IMG/VR virus record: IMGVR_UViG_3300010049_000009
Span: 1-64,000 of that record
DNA length: 64,000 nt
Origin: a virus
Lineage: Duplodnaviria > Heunggongvirae > Uroviricota > Caudoviricetes
Strand: one strand, 5' to 3'
Positions 55,902-64,000 of this stretch are shown one piece after another. The translations under genes were made by a program, and so were the position numbers. The stretch's first letter is position 1. Every line of letters starts with the position of its first letter. The notes under the pieces are model-generated. The model was not told the DNA's origin. It saw only the letters and a list, made by a program, of their open reading frames with translations, and ran no database searches.

Positions 55902-58412
55902 TTAAGGAACAGTATTTTCTCTCACATCATTAAAACTCGCTGCTACACTGATATTTCCTCTTTCACAACGTCTTATGAAAACGGTGGGGGTGTTGTTTAC
56001 TCCTAAATGATTATCTATTACTATTTCACACCTAAATCCTGTGCCATCACTAGATAATTCAATTTCGTCATTGGGAGTGAATCCACCAATGGTGTTGCCA
56101 TTGATACTTGTTATACTCTCTATTCTACCTCTACCAACCCAATCACATGTATCTTCTTCACTACCCTCATATATGGTTATAACCGTTGTACCATCATATC
56201 CAAGACCACCGTTAGTTACCGTTATTTCATATTCGTATGTGAAAACATCATCATCAACTTCTGTTATAATAGCAACTGCGGTTGCGGTAGCCCCAATTCC
56301 TGTACCTACTATACGTACTTGTGGATTTTCTATTTGTAAATCCCCTTCGTATGTTATACTCTCTATTCTACCAATAACTTCTAAATTAAACCCAACTTGA
56401 TCCCCATTTGAATTTGTTATTGTTCCTGTGGTATTCAATTCGTAGTTGTTGCCACCCACATATAGTTTAATATTTGTTACTCTTCCGGGACCAGGTATAT
56501 AAAATATTTCCTCTTCTTGTAATATGTTTTGTTCTTGATACACAGTATCCACATATCCTAACCTCAATAATCCGTTGGTAATCGTTGTTTCAGGTAGAAT
56601 GTTACCCGATATTGTCCAAGTCGCTACGTCTGTAATATCTTGGTTTGTGTAATTTATTTCAGCAAATTCGGTTGTATCGTCAATTCTTAATCGCGCAAAA
56701 AATTGAATGGTTTCTCCATAACAACTTGGACCACCAAGACATTGTGGTTTATTTTTTTCGTAACAATGTGGTATTAAATCACAACGAACATTGTTTGCTG
56801 TGTCATATCCTGCTCTATCTGTGGTTATGGTAATATATTTTCTGTAAATATCAAGTTCAATTGGTAGAAGTGGTGGTTCAAACGGATCGGGGTCTCTATA
56901 ACTCACATTAAGTGTTATATAATCCGCACGTTCATTGTTTCCAACACGTAAAATACTTGTTCCAATATTAAAATTCGTGTTTGGATCGGTAGTGGTTGAA
57001 GCAATAGTTACTACCAAATCTTGTCTAATTCCACCACCAAATACCCAAGTATTTATTCTTATATCTTTACCGGCGGTATAACCTCTTTCAAGTGGTGTTT
57101 CGGGATCAGACCAATCTGTCATTATTTGTGGGACAAACCACACAACCGCAGAACCCGCTACCGCACCATCACTAATCATTTTTCCCACAACACTTCCACT
57201 TAAATCTCTTACTGTTTTATGTGGTCTAAACACACCAATATCAGCAAGTGTCACACCATTTACAGGTAGTTGGGGTGTTGGTATCATTAATCCAAAATGT
57301 GATTCCCATATTATTTCTTGGGTTGGGTTATCACCACCAAAAATGTACGCATTGAAAGATTTTGAGTTTGGTTTTAAATATAAACTTGGTGCTAATATAG
57401 CATCTCTTTTTTCTATTTCAGGTTCGGGTTCACCGGTTTCTTCTTCTTCTTCTTCTTCTTCTTCGGTTTCCCCCTCTTCGTCAGGTTCAGGTTCGTCAGG
57501 TCCTGGGTCCGTAATAGTGATAGTAGGGGGTGTTCTATATCCATTCCCACTATCAACAATTATAATTTCTATAATTCTACCTTCTTCGTCAATCACGGCA
57601 CTAACAATGGCAGTTCTATTGGTTTCTAATGGTTCGTCATTTTCATCTACGGCGTCCGGTTCACTAATTGTTATTAACATATTTTCCGAATACCCACTAC
57701 CACCATCAATTATTACTATTGATTTAAGACTTTTTTCATTTGATTCATAGTAACTCATTCTTTCTAATGAAGGTATAACATCAACACGTAGTGGGGTTGC
57801 TATACAGAGGGGTAAATCTTCCAATCTTTTACCTGCGCCCAACTGTCCTTCTTCACCATTACCATCCCCCACTATTTTTACATAATTTTCACCCATTATA
57901 TAATCATCTTCGTATGGTACTGCCCCACCAATATTTGGATATGGTGGAAGTTTGGGGTTATTGGGGTTTGTGGGTGGTGGAATTACTTCATATTTTTCAT
58001 TGGTATATTGTAATTTAACCGTATTTGCTTGTTTTAATATAGAACCACCACATACACCCCTTAATACAGCACCATTACCACTACCGCCAGTTACGGTTAT
58101 TGTTATGGGGTTGGTATTAGTTCCGCTACCAGGGTTTGTTACTATAACATCTACTATTCGACCATCTTCAATTTTTAAAGTTGCTGTTGCACCGACTACC
58201 CCACCACTAATATTTACGCTTGGCGGAATCAGTTCATTATATCCACTACCCGGATTAACTATTTCAACCCTTTCTAAAAACCTATTAGTACACACACCAC
58301 CAAAACATAATGTTGTGTCTGTATCATAAAATTGAACCGCTGTACCACACTTGTTCTCCGCCTTTACGAAAGCAATGCTATATTTACTAGTTTCTCTTAA
58401 TGCCGCATCCAT
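55902..58412 (-). CDS. large structural protein (836 aa) with repeated V-x-V-x-N-P-G-S-G-Y modules and a poly-Glu tract
   Basis: EIVNPGSGY, VIIDGGSGY, IIVDSGNGY; (TTC)n at 57439-57461. Confidence 0.65.
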   Translation of the reverse strand: MDAALRETSKYSIAFVKAENKCGTAVQFYDTDTTLCFGGVCTNRFLERVEIVNPGSGYNELIPPSVNISGGVVGATATLKIEDGRIVDVIVTNPGSGTNTNPITITVTGGSGNGAVLRGVCGGSILKQANTVKLQYTNEKYEVIPPPTNPNNPKLPPYPNIGGAVPYEDDYIMGENYVKIVGDGNGEEGQLGAGKRLEDLPLCIATPLRVDVIPSLERMSYYESNEKSLKSIVIIDGGSGYSENMLITISEPDAVDENDEPLETNRTAIVSAVIDEEGRIIEIIIVDSGNGYRTPPTITITDPGPDEPEPDEEGETEEEEEEEEETGEPEPEIEKRDAILAPSLYLKPNSKSFNAYIFGGDNPTQEIIWESHFGLMIPTPQLPVNGVTLADIGVFRPHKTVRDLSGSVVGKMISDGAVAGSAVVWFVPQIMTDWSDPETPLERGYTAGKDIRINTWVFGGGIRQDLVVTIASTTTDPNTNFNIGTSILRVGNNERADYITLNVSYRDPDPFEPPLLPIELDIYRKYITITTDRAGYDTANNVRCDLIPHCYEKNKPQCLGGPSCYGETIQFFARLRIDDTTEFAEINYTNQDITDVATWTISGNILPETTITNGLLRLGYVDTVYQEQNILQEEEIFYIPGPGRVTNIKLYVGGNNYELNTTGTITNSNGDQVGFNLEVIGRIESITYEGDLQIENPQVRIVGTGIGATATAVAIITEVDDDVFTYEYEITVTNGGLGYDGTTVITIYEGSEEDTCDWVGRGRIESITSINGNTIGGFTPNDEIELSSDGTGFRCEIVIDNHLGVNNTPTVFIRRCERGNISVAASFNDVRENTVP

Positions 58413-58476
58413 CTATTCTTCATTTATTTTATATAATATAAATAATAGAGATATTTTTCGTATATTTAAGTGTTAG

Positions 58477-58492
58477 ACTATTTATAAGAAAA
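58477..58492 (+). promoter_or_regulatory. conserved motif GACTATTTATAAGAAAA, 7 nt before the ATG of the giant ORF; a TATAAATA also at 58437-58444
   Basis: recurring motif family. Confidence 0.4.
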
Positions 58493-58498
58493 TTCATA

Positions 58499-61400
58499 AT
58501 GATAGATTTTGATTGGAATAAAGATTTCACTAATATTATAGAAACCACCGTAAAAGACCTTCTTAAAAAAGCGGAAAAAGAAACCAATGCCGACCCAACA
58601 CCGGAACAAGCAAAGGCGGGTAATTACAAGAAGGGAAGGGTAACTATTCAAGGGTTGGAAATTGCAATAGAAAATCCGAAGGGTAGTTATCGTAAGGGTG
58701 TAGACGCAAATGGTAAGGAATGGAAAAACAAAATGAATAACACATACGGTTATTTTGTTCAAACCAAAGCAATAGACGGTGACGCTGTTGATGTTTTTAT
58801 TGGTAGTTCCATAATGTCGGATAAAGTTTTTTGTATTGACCAATATAATGGAAATGAATTTGACGAAACCAAAGTAATGTTGGGATTCACAACAGCAGAA
58901 TACGCAAAAAAAGCATATCTATCAAATTACGAACCCGGTTGGAAAGGTTGTAAATATATAACGGAATTGGATATTGATACATTCAAAATGTGGTTAAATA
59001 ACCGCAAAGAAAAAAAACAAAGAAAACCTGTTCATTTTTATAAATCACTGATAAAAGAAGAAAACTTACTCAAAGAAAGTCTTGGTGTACGTGATGGGTT
59101 AACACCCATTGCGAAGGAAATTACTAACCGAATATTGGAAAATTGGAAAATGGGTATAACTGTTATATCAGGTATGAAAATTGAAGATGTTATGAGGACT
59201 CCCTATGAAGAACTTGAAATATTTTTACCTTATAAGGGTGAAATAGAAATAAGGGATGTTGGATTTATTGGAAAAATGTCTGTTGGTTTTAAACTTGTGG
59301 GTAAGGGTGATCGTTTAACTAATTCGTTTGTGGATGATGACCCCGATTTGGGTATTATAAAATCAACGATTGAAAATAATAAAATGATTATGCCACCCAC
59401 TAGAACTAAACCAAGTACTAAACCAAAAGCACCCCCTAAAATCACACGAAATATGTTTATATCTTCGTTTCAAGATAAAAATGAATTAATGACATTGGTT
59501 CTACATGAATTAAAACATGTGTGGGATTATTATATTTACATTAAAAAGAACACCAATTTTAATTTAGAAAAAACCAAAGTTTATCAAGTACAAGATAAAA
59601 TTGCAACATATATAATAGATAAGGTTAGGCAAATTGAAAAAGAATATCCCCATAAAAAAATATCCGATGAAGAATTAATTGAATGGTATGAGGATGAAGA
59701 AAACGTCTTTACCATACCTATTGATAAAGAAGAAGAAGATATTTTGGATAATAAAATAAGAAACGATTTGTTTGTTGTGGGTTCTAAACCACTAAAATTT
59801 GTTCCAAAAGATGATACTGTTCAAAAACTATTTTATTACACAGGAGAAACAAAAGAACTTGAAGCATTTACACAAGAGTCGTGGGAACAAATGTTATCCA
59901 ATGGAGGAAAATATAGAGAAACAAGTCTATGGGAAAAATATATGTGGTTGGTTGAAAAGGATAAAGAATTAAACCCTCTAAAAGGAGAAGAGTATATAAA
60001 CAAAATAAATTTTTATCATAGGTTTTACCCATCAAGTTGGTCAAGAGATAAAGTAGAAAAGGATATCAGGTGGCGTTTAAAAAAAGGTATCCGGGATTAT
60101 GTTTATAATATCGGTAGATTACGTGCAAGGTATGATAACCCCCCCGAAACACCGGAGACACCGGAACCCCCTATTACCGAAAATAAACAAATTATTAGTT
60201 CGGTAATAAGTCCGTATCACGGTGTAATAGGTAGTGCCGCACCCGGTAGCGAAGAATATGAAATAGGAGTGGAAATATCAGAGGGATTGAATATTAATAA
60301 CATTGTTAAGGATATTCTGTTTGAAGGTAAAGAGAGTAAAAATTTATCCAAAGCTCGAAACTATTTAAAAAACATACATAGTTTAACACAAGAAAAAGCA
60401 CAACTTGTTTTAGATAACATAAGACACCTCATTCACAATTCACGAATTGAGAATTGTAAATATATGACAGGTCTTGCAAGAATGGCAATTACTAATCAAT
60501 TGAGTGATCAAATTACACAAAGTAATATGAACAAAACATTGAAACTTTTAGAGGGTCACACTGATTACAATGAAGATTTGAATGGTTTGTCGGCAACAGA
60601 ATTAATTAATCGTTTTCAAACCGCCGTTCAAGAAGATTTGGAAAAAGATAAAGAAACCCAAAAACAATATAGTAACACTAACACCGATGGTAATTACAAT
60701 GGATATAAAATAGTTCCCATAAACGATTTTGATGACGCAAAACAATATAGTTTTGGCGTTAATTGGTGTATAACAGAAAGTGAAAGTTCTTTTGAAACAT
60801 ATACTAAAAATGGGTTAGCACGTTTTTATTTTCTTTTGAAAAATAGATATGAATTTATGAGTTATGAACTTCATGATAAAGAAGGAAGTGACCCATTAGA
60901 CGAATACGGATTAAGTAAGATTGCTATTAGTGTTAATGAAGATGGTTCATTAAATAGTTCCACATTAAGACGAAATCACAATTTTGGTGCTAATGATAAT
61001 ATGTTAACTACCGGACAGATAAGTAAACTAATCAACGCAAACTTCTACGAAGTGTTCAAACCCTATTCAAAAGAAGAATTAATTGAAAGAAAAGAAAAAT
61101 TGAAATTTTTTAGACCCGATAATCTGAATGAGTTAATTAGAAGGGATAAAATGGAGTTGGATGATTTGGAACAAGTAGGGGAAAGAATAGTTAGTAGAAT
61201 TATTTACAAAAATCGTTGTAATTATATAACACCTGACGAAGCGGGAGAAATTGTTGATAATAACGGAAAACGTTATTCTGTTGTATTTTCTAAATATGAA
61301 AGTGGTTTTACAGGATGGATGCCCTTTAACAAAGTAAATAAATGTTTAATATTGGTGATTGATAAAACCTACAACATAGGTAGGGTAGATGGTACAATGA

Positions 61401-64000
61401 TATTTAATAATTGGACACCTTGTGAGTATAAGAATATACCAAAAATGGATAATAATGGTTATACCGTATTTCCTGAAAATATAATGAAACCCAACGAAGA
61501 ATTTATATTTAAACACATAAAACCATATCATATCAAAACACCTAATACTCTTCAACCAAATGGTATTTATAGTACTAACCCACGATATACGTGTTATTTT
61601 GTAAATTACAAACATAATTCAAATTATGAATATTCACAAAAAGAAATGGAATTAGTTTTTGATTCAGGTGATAATAAATTTCTAACCACAGAACTTGATA
61701 GATCAATGGATATAGAAACCGGTCTCGAATATCTCAGTGAATGGTATAATAATCCTGATGGTTTTGGAATTGCTGAAAACACTATTAAGAATATGACGCA
61801 CGATTATTTGAATGAAATAATCGCATTATCCCCTGTTAAACAACAAGCAAAAGACGACGCTGATAGGGGAAAAACACTGCGCACCATTTCTTTTGAAGAA
61901 GACGATGATAACGTTGATCCCGAAGATAGAATAGAAGAAATTGACGAACATAAACTTGATTTACTTATTGATATTATTAACAATAAAATTAGTAATGATG
62001 CCGAAGCATTTTTGGTATTCAAATATGTTCTTGTGGGTGGTGTTAATATAAACTTCCTCGAACCCGCATATATAGCAAAAGTTAATGATGCTATGAATAT
62101 GATAAAAAATAAATTGGTAACACAAAAAAGTAAAGTTAATGCTTATAATTTCTTATTCAATCAAGTAGATCAAACCAATATGACGGGGGCGCAAAAACAG
62201 GAATTACGTGATATAATGTCAAGTTTATCTAATGTCCCTGATACACGTGCTGAATTGACGAAAAACGTTATGGAAAGTTTTGCACCAATTCTATTTAAAG
62301 ATGGTGAAAAACAAAAATTAGATTTTGAAGAACATTTAAAATCATTGTCTGATGATATTGGAATAAAAGATATTGTAGAAGAATTATTTGAAGATAATCA
62401 AAGATTAAAGGGAAAGGTGTTCCAAATACCCGATAAATTGTATTTGGAATTAAAAAACAAATATAATCAAGTTAAAGATAATCCTGAATATACCACTTAT
62501 AAAAACTATAAGCGACTTCAAAACATTGTTGAAAGAGGGGGTGAAATAACGTACAAGTGGATGTATACCCTTGTTGATTGGCGGGATAATTACACAGGTG
62601 TTTTAGGTGGTGAAAAACAAGATAAGGATGCGTGGTTAATATCCGCCGAGAAACTAATGAAATGGGTGGATGAAGAATTAGAACAAGCAACTAAATCTGT
62701 AAAACAAGCGGAAAAAACCGCTTCAAAGGTTGGTGCTATTGCTCACACACAAACGAAATTCAGAACAGTAGAATCAATGGTTCGAGATATAATAAGTGAA
62801 GATTACCAACATTTATTTGAAATGGCGGCGACAGATATTCACCAAACTTACTATCCGAACTTACCCGAAGATATATTTACACAAATTGCTTCTGCTGACG
62901 AAATTACAACAAATTTAACAAATAATAAGTTGGGTAAGTATGCCAAGTGGCTGTTGTGGTTATACACTGATAAAAAGAAAGTGAAAAACCAACTCAAATT
63001 AGAGGATTTATATAAAGCCAAAGAATATATCCCAATGTTTGATAGGTTGTCAAAATCTAAAAAATTGAAAAATAACGACCTCAACTCATATTTATCATTA
63101 AGTGATATGTATATTGCTATTAAACCATTTTTAGACGGCGAAGAATCTGTATCAAAGGGTGAGGAAATAAGACAAGTCAAACATGAGGGTGCTGAAAAAT
63201 TATATGAGGATGATAAATTCACGGTAATTCACCCAAAAACAAAGGAAGCAGCAATTTACTATGGAAAAAACACCCAATGGTGTACCTCTGCCACAGAAAA
63301 TAATATGTTTGACCACTACAACAGTGATGGACCACTTTATATAATAATAGATAAAAGAGAAAACACAAAATATCAATTTCATTTTGAAGTAAATCAATTT
63401 ATGGATGCAAACGATGTTCCAATAGAAAGACCCATTATGGAAACTATTTGGGCGACAGGTGGATTATATCAATTTTTTGAAGGGTTGGTTGGTGTTCACA
63501 AAATGTTAAAATTGGAATATGAAAATGTGGATGAACTTGATGACGGAACGTTCCTTGTTGACCGAGATGAAAGAAAATTCCTTTTAGACGCTAATGGTGA
63601 AGCACTTTTTTATGAAGAATATGACGAAATAGAAGCGTTGGGTAATGGTAGATATTTGGTATTTAAAACAGATAATGGTTATGGGGTTGTTGACCAAGAG
63701 GAAACAGAACTTATACCGTGTGGATACGATTATTTAGCCCAAGCAGGTGAAAATTTTATAGTGGAAAGTGATTCGAGATACGGTGTTATTGATATTAATA
63801 ATAATGAACTTATCCCCCTTATATATATGCAAATGGAATGTATAAACGATGAGGGTACAAGGTTTAGAATAAAGGGGCGCACGGACAAATGGGGAATTAT
63901 AGATTTAGAAACAGACACTAAAATACCGCCGGAATATGATGCTATTCAACTCGATGCGGGTGGTATGAGTCGCGCACAAAAAAACGGTAAAGTTGGTGTA
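58499..64000 (+). CDS. giant multidomain ('polyvalent'-type) protein, more than 1,833 aa and truncated by the window end: N-terminal inorganic-pyrophosphatase-like domain, HExxH motif, duplicated Cys/His domain, C-terminal WG repeats
   Basis: hand translation from the ATG at 58499 (preceded by an in-frame TAA at 58439) to 64000 found no in-frame stop; IENPKGSYRKGVD...YGYF...DGDAVDVF resembles the PPase EIPxGSxxKYExD...NYGYI...DGDPxDV motifs; LHELKH; DNGYGVVD / DSRYGVID / TDKWGIID WG repeats. Confidence 0.7.
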   Translation, partial: MIDFDWNKDFTNIIETTVKDLLKKAEKETNADPTPEQAKAGNYKKGRVTIQGLEIAIENPKGSYRKGVDANGKEWKNKMNNTYGYFVQTKAIDGDAVDVFIGSSIMSDKVFCIDQYNGNEFDETKVMLGFTTAEYAKKAYLSNYEPGWKGCKYITELDIDTFKMWLNNRKEKKQRKPVHFYKSLIKEENLLKESLGVRDGLTPIAKEITNRILENWKMGITVISGMKIEDVMRTPYEELEIFLPYKGEIEIRDVGFIGKMSVGFKLVGKGDRLTNSFVDDDPDLGIIKSTIENNKMIMPPTRTKPSTKPKAPPKITRNMFISSFQDKNELMTLVLHELKHVWDYYIYIKKNTNFNLEKTKVYQVQDKIATYIIDKVRQIEKEYPHKKISDEELIEWYEDEENVFTIPIDKEEEDILDNKIRNDLFVVGSKPLKFVPKDDTVQKLFYYTGETKELEAFTQESWEQMLSNGGKYRETSLWEKYMWLVEKDKELNPLKGEEYINKINFYHRFYPSSWSRDKVEKDIRWRLKKGIRDYVYNIGRLRARYDNPPETPETPEPPITENKQIISSVISPYHGVIGSAAPGSEEYEIGVEISEGLNINNIVKDILFEGKESKNLSKARNYLKNIHSLTQEKAQLVLDNIRHLIHNSRIENCKYMTGLARMAITNQLSDQITQSNMNKTLKLLEGHTDYNEDLNGLSATELINRFQTAVQEDLEKDKETQKQYSNTNTDGNYNGYKIVPINDFDDAKQYSFGVNWCITESESSFETYTKNGLARFYFLLKNRYEFMSYELHDKEGSDPLDEYGLSKIAISVNEDGSLNSSTLRRNHNFGANDNMLTTGQISKLINANFYEVFKPYSKEELIERKEKLKFFRPDNLNELIRRDKMELDDLEQVGERIVSRIIYKNRCNYITPDEAGEIVDNNGKRYSVVFSKYESGFTGWMPFNKVNKCLILVIDKTYNIGRVDGTMIFNNWTPCEYKNIPKMDNNGYTVFPENIMKPNEEFIFKHIKPYHIKTPNTLQPNGIYSTNPRYTCYFVNYKHNSNYEYSQKEMELVFDSGDNKFLTTELDRSMDIETGLEYLSEWYNNPDGFGIAENTIKNMTHDYLNEIIALSPVKQQAKDDADRGKTLRTISFEEDDDNVDPEDRIEEIDEHKLDLLIDIINNKISNDAEAFLVFKYVLVGGVNINFLEPAYIAKVNDAMNMIKNKLVTQKSKVNAYNFLFNQVDQTNMTGAQKQELRDIMSSLSNVPDTRAELTKNVMESFAPILFKDGEKQKLDFEEHLKSLSDDIGIKDIVEELFEDNQRLKGKVFQIPDKLYLELKNKYNQVKDNPEYTTYKNYKRLQNIVERGGEITYKWMYTLVDWRDNYTGVLGGEKQDKDAWLISAEKLMKWVDEELEQATKSVKQAEKTASKVGAIAHTQTKFRTVESMVRDIISEDYQHLFEMAATDIHQTYYPNLPEDIFTQIASADEITTNLTNNKLGKYAKWLLWLYTDKKKVKNQLKLEDLYKAKEYIPMFDRLSKSKKLKNNDLNSYLSLSDMYIAIKPFLDGEESVSKGEEIRQVKHEGAEKLYEDDKFTVIHPKTKEAAIYYGKNTQWCTSATENNMFDHYNSDGPLYIIIDKRENTKYQFHFEVNQFMDANDVPIERPIMETIWATGGLYQFFEGLVGVHKMLKLEYENVDELDDGTFLVDRDERKFLLDANGEALFYEEYDEIEALGNGRYLVFKTDNGYGVVDQEETELIPCGYDYLAQAGENFIVESDSRYGVIDINNNELIPLIYMQMECINDEGTRFRIKGRTDKWGIIDLETDTKIPPEYDAIQLDAGGMSRAQKNGKVGV

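Noticed and set aside
58478-63918. Eight short minus-strand ORFs (58478-58843, 59230-59445, 61346-61615, 61804-62022, 62472-62690, 62851-63222, 63200-63397, 63730-63918)
   Set aside because: All lie antisense inside the single long plus-strand reading frame 58499 to beyond 64000. They are low-complexity antisense artefacts.

Overview
This 64-kb window is an AT-rich (roughly 35% GC), almost fully coding stretch of a large tailed dsDNA phage genome, arranged in alternating strand blocks. Several distant T4-like core genes can be recognised by eye: a gp61-like primase (29882-30889, -), a gp21-like prohead protease (11908-12627, +), a gp19-like tail tube protein (21035-21526, +) with a paralogue (34457-34933, -), a gp55-like sigma factor (41455-42267, -), and a candidate portal (36102-38081, -). 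Six very large structural (baseplate/fibre-like) genes sit back to back on the minus strand from 43.8 to 58.4 kb. There are 10 tRNA genes: tRNA-Trp on the plus strand at 5632 and a 9-tRNA cluster on the minus strand at 34987-35818. Bacterial lipoprotein signal peptides, a type-II tRNA-Tyr, a G-1 tRNA-His, almost no Shine-Dalgarno sequences and C-terminal WG repeats together suggest a Bacteroidota-type host. This host call is inference. The cargo is unusual for a phage. It includes a bacterial-type IF-1 gene directly upstream of a small-Hsp/DnaK operon preceded by two palindromic operator-like sites. It includes a complete cytoplasmic histidine kinase, a STAS (anti-sigma antagonist) protein and a DUF1987/SiaC-like protein, two calcineurin/PPP-like phosphoesterases, a beta-carbonic anhydrase, and an SPFH/band-7 operon with a radical-SAM-like gene. 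A more than 1,830-aa multidomain protein starts at 58499 and runs off the window end. It has a pyrophosphatase-like N-terminus, an HExxH motif, a duplicated Cys/His domain and WG repeats, and it is absent from the supplied ORF track. A conserved upstream motif CTATTTATA(T/A)TAAAA recurs in front of at least 14 genes. None of this could be checked with BLAST or HMM searches. All family assignments come from motifs read directly in the translations.
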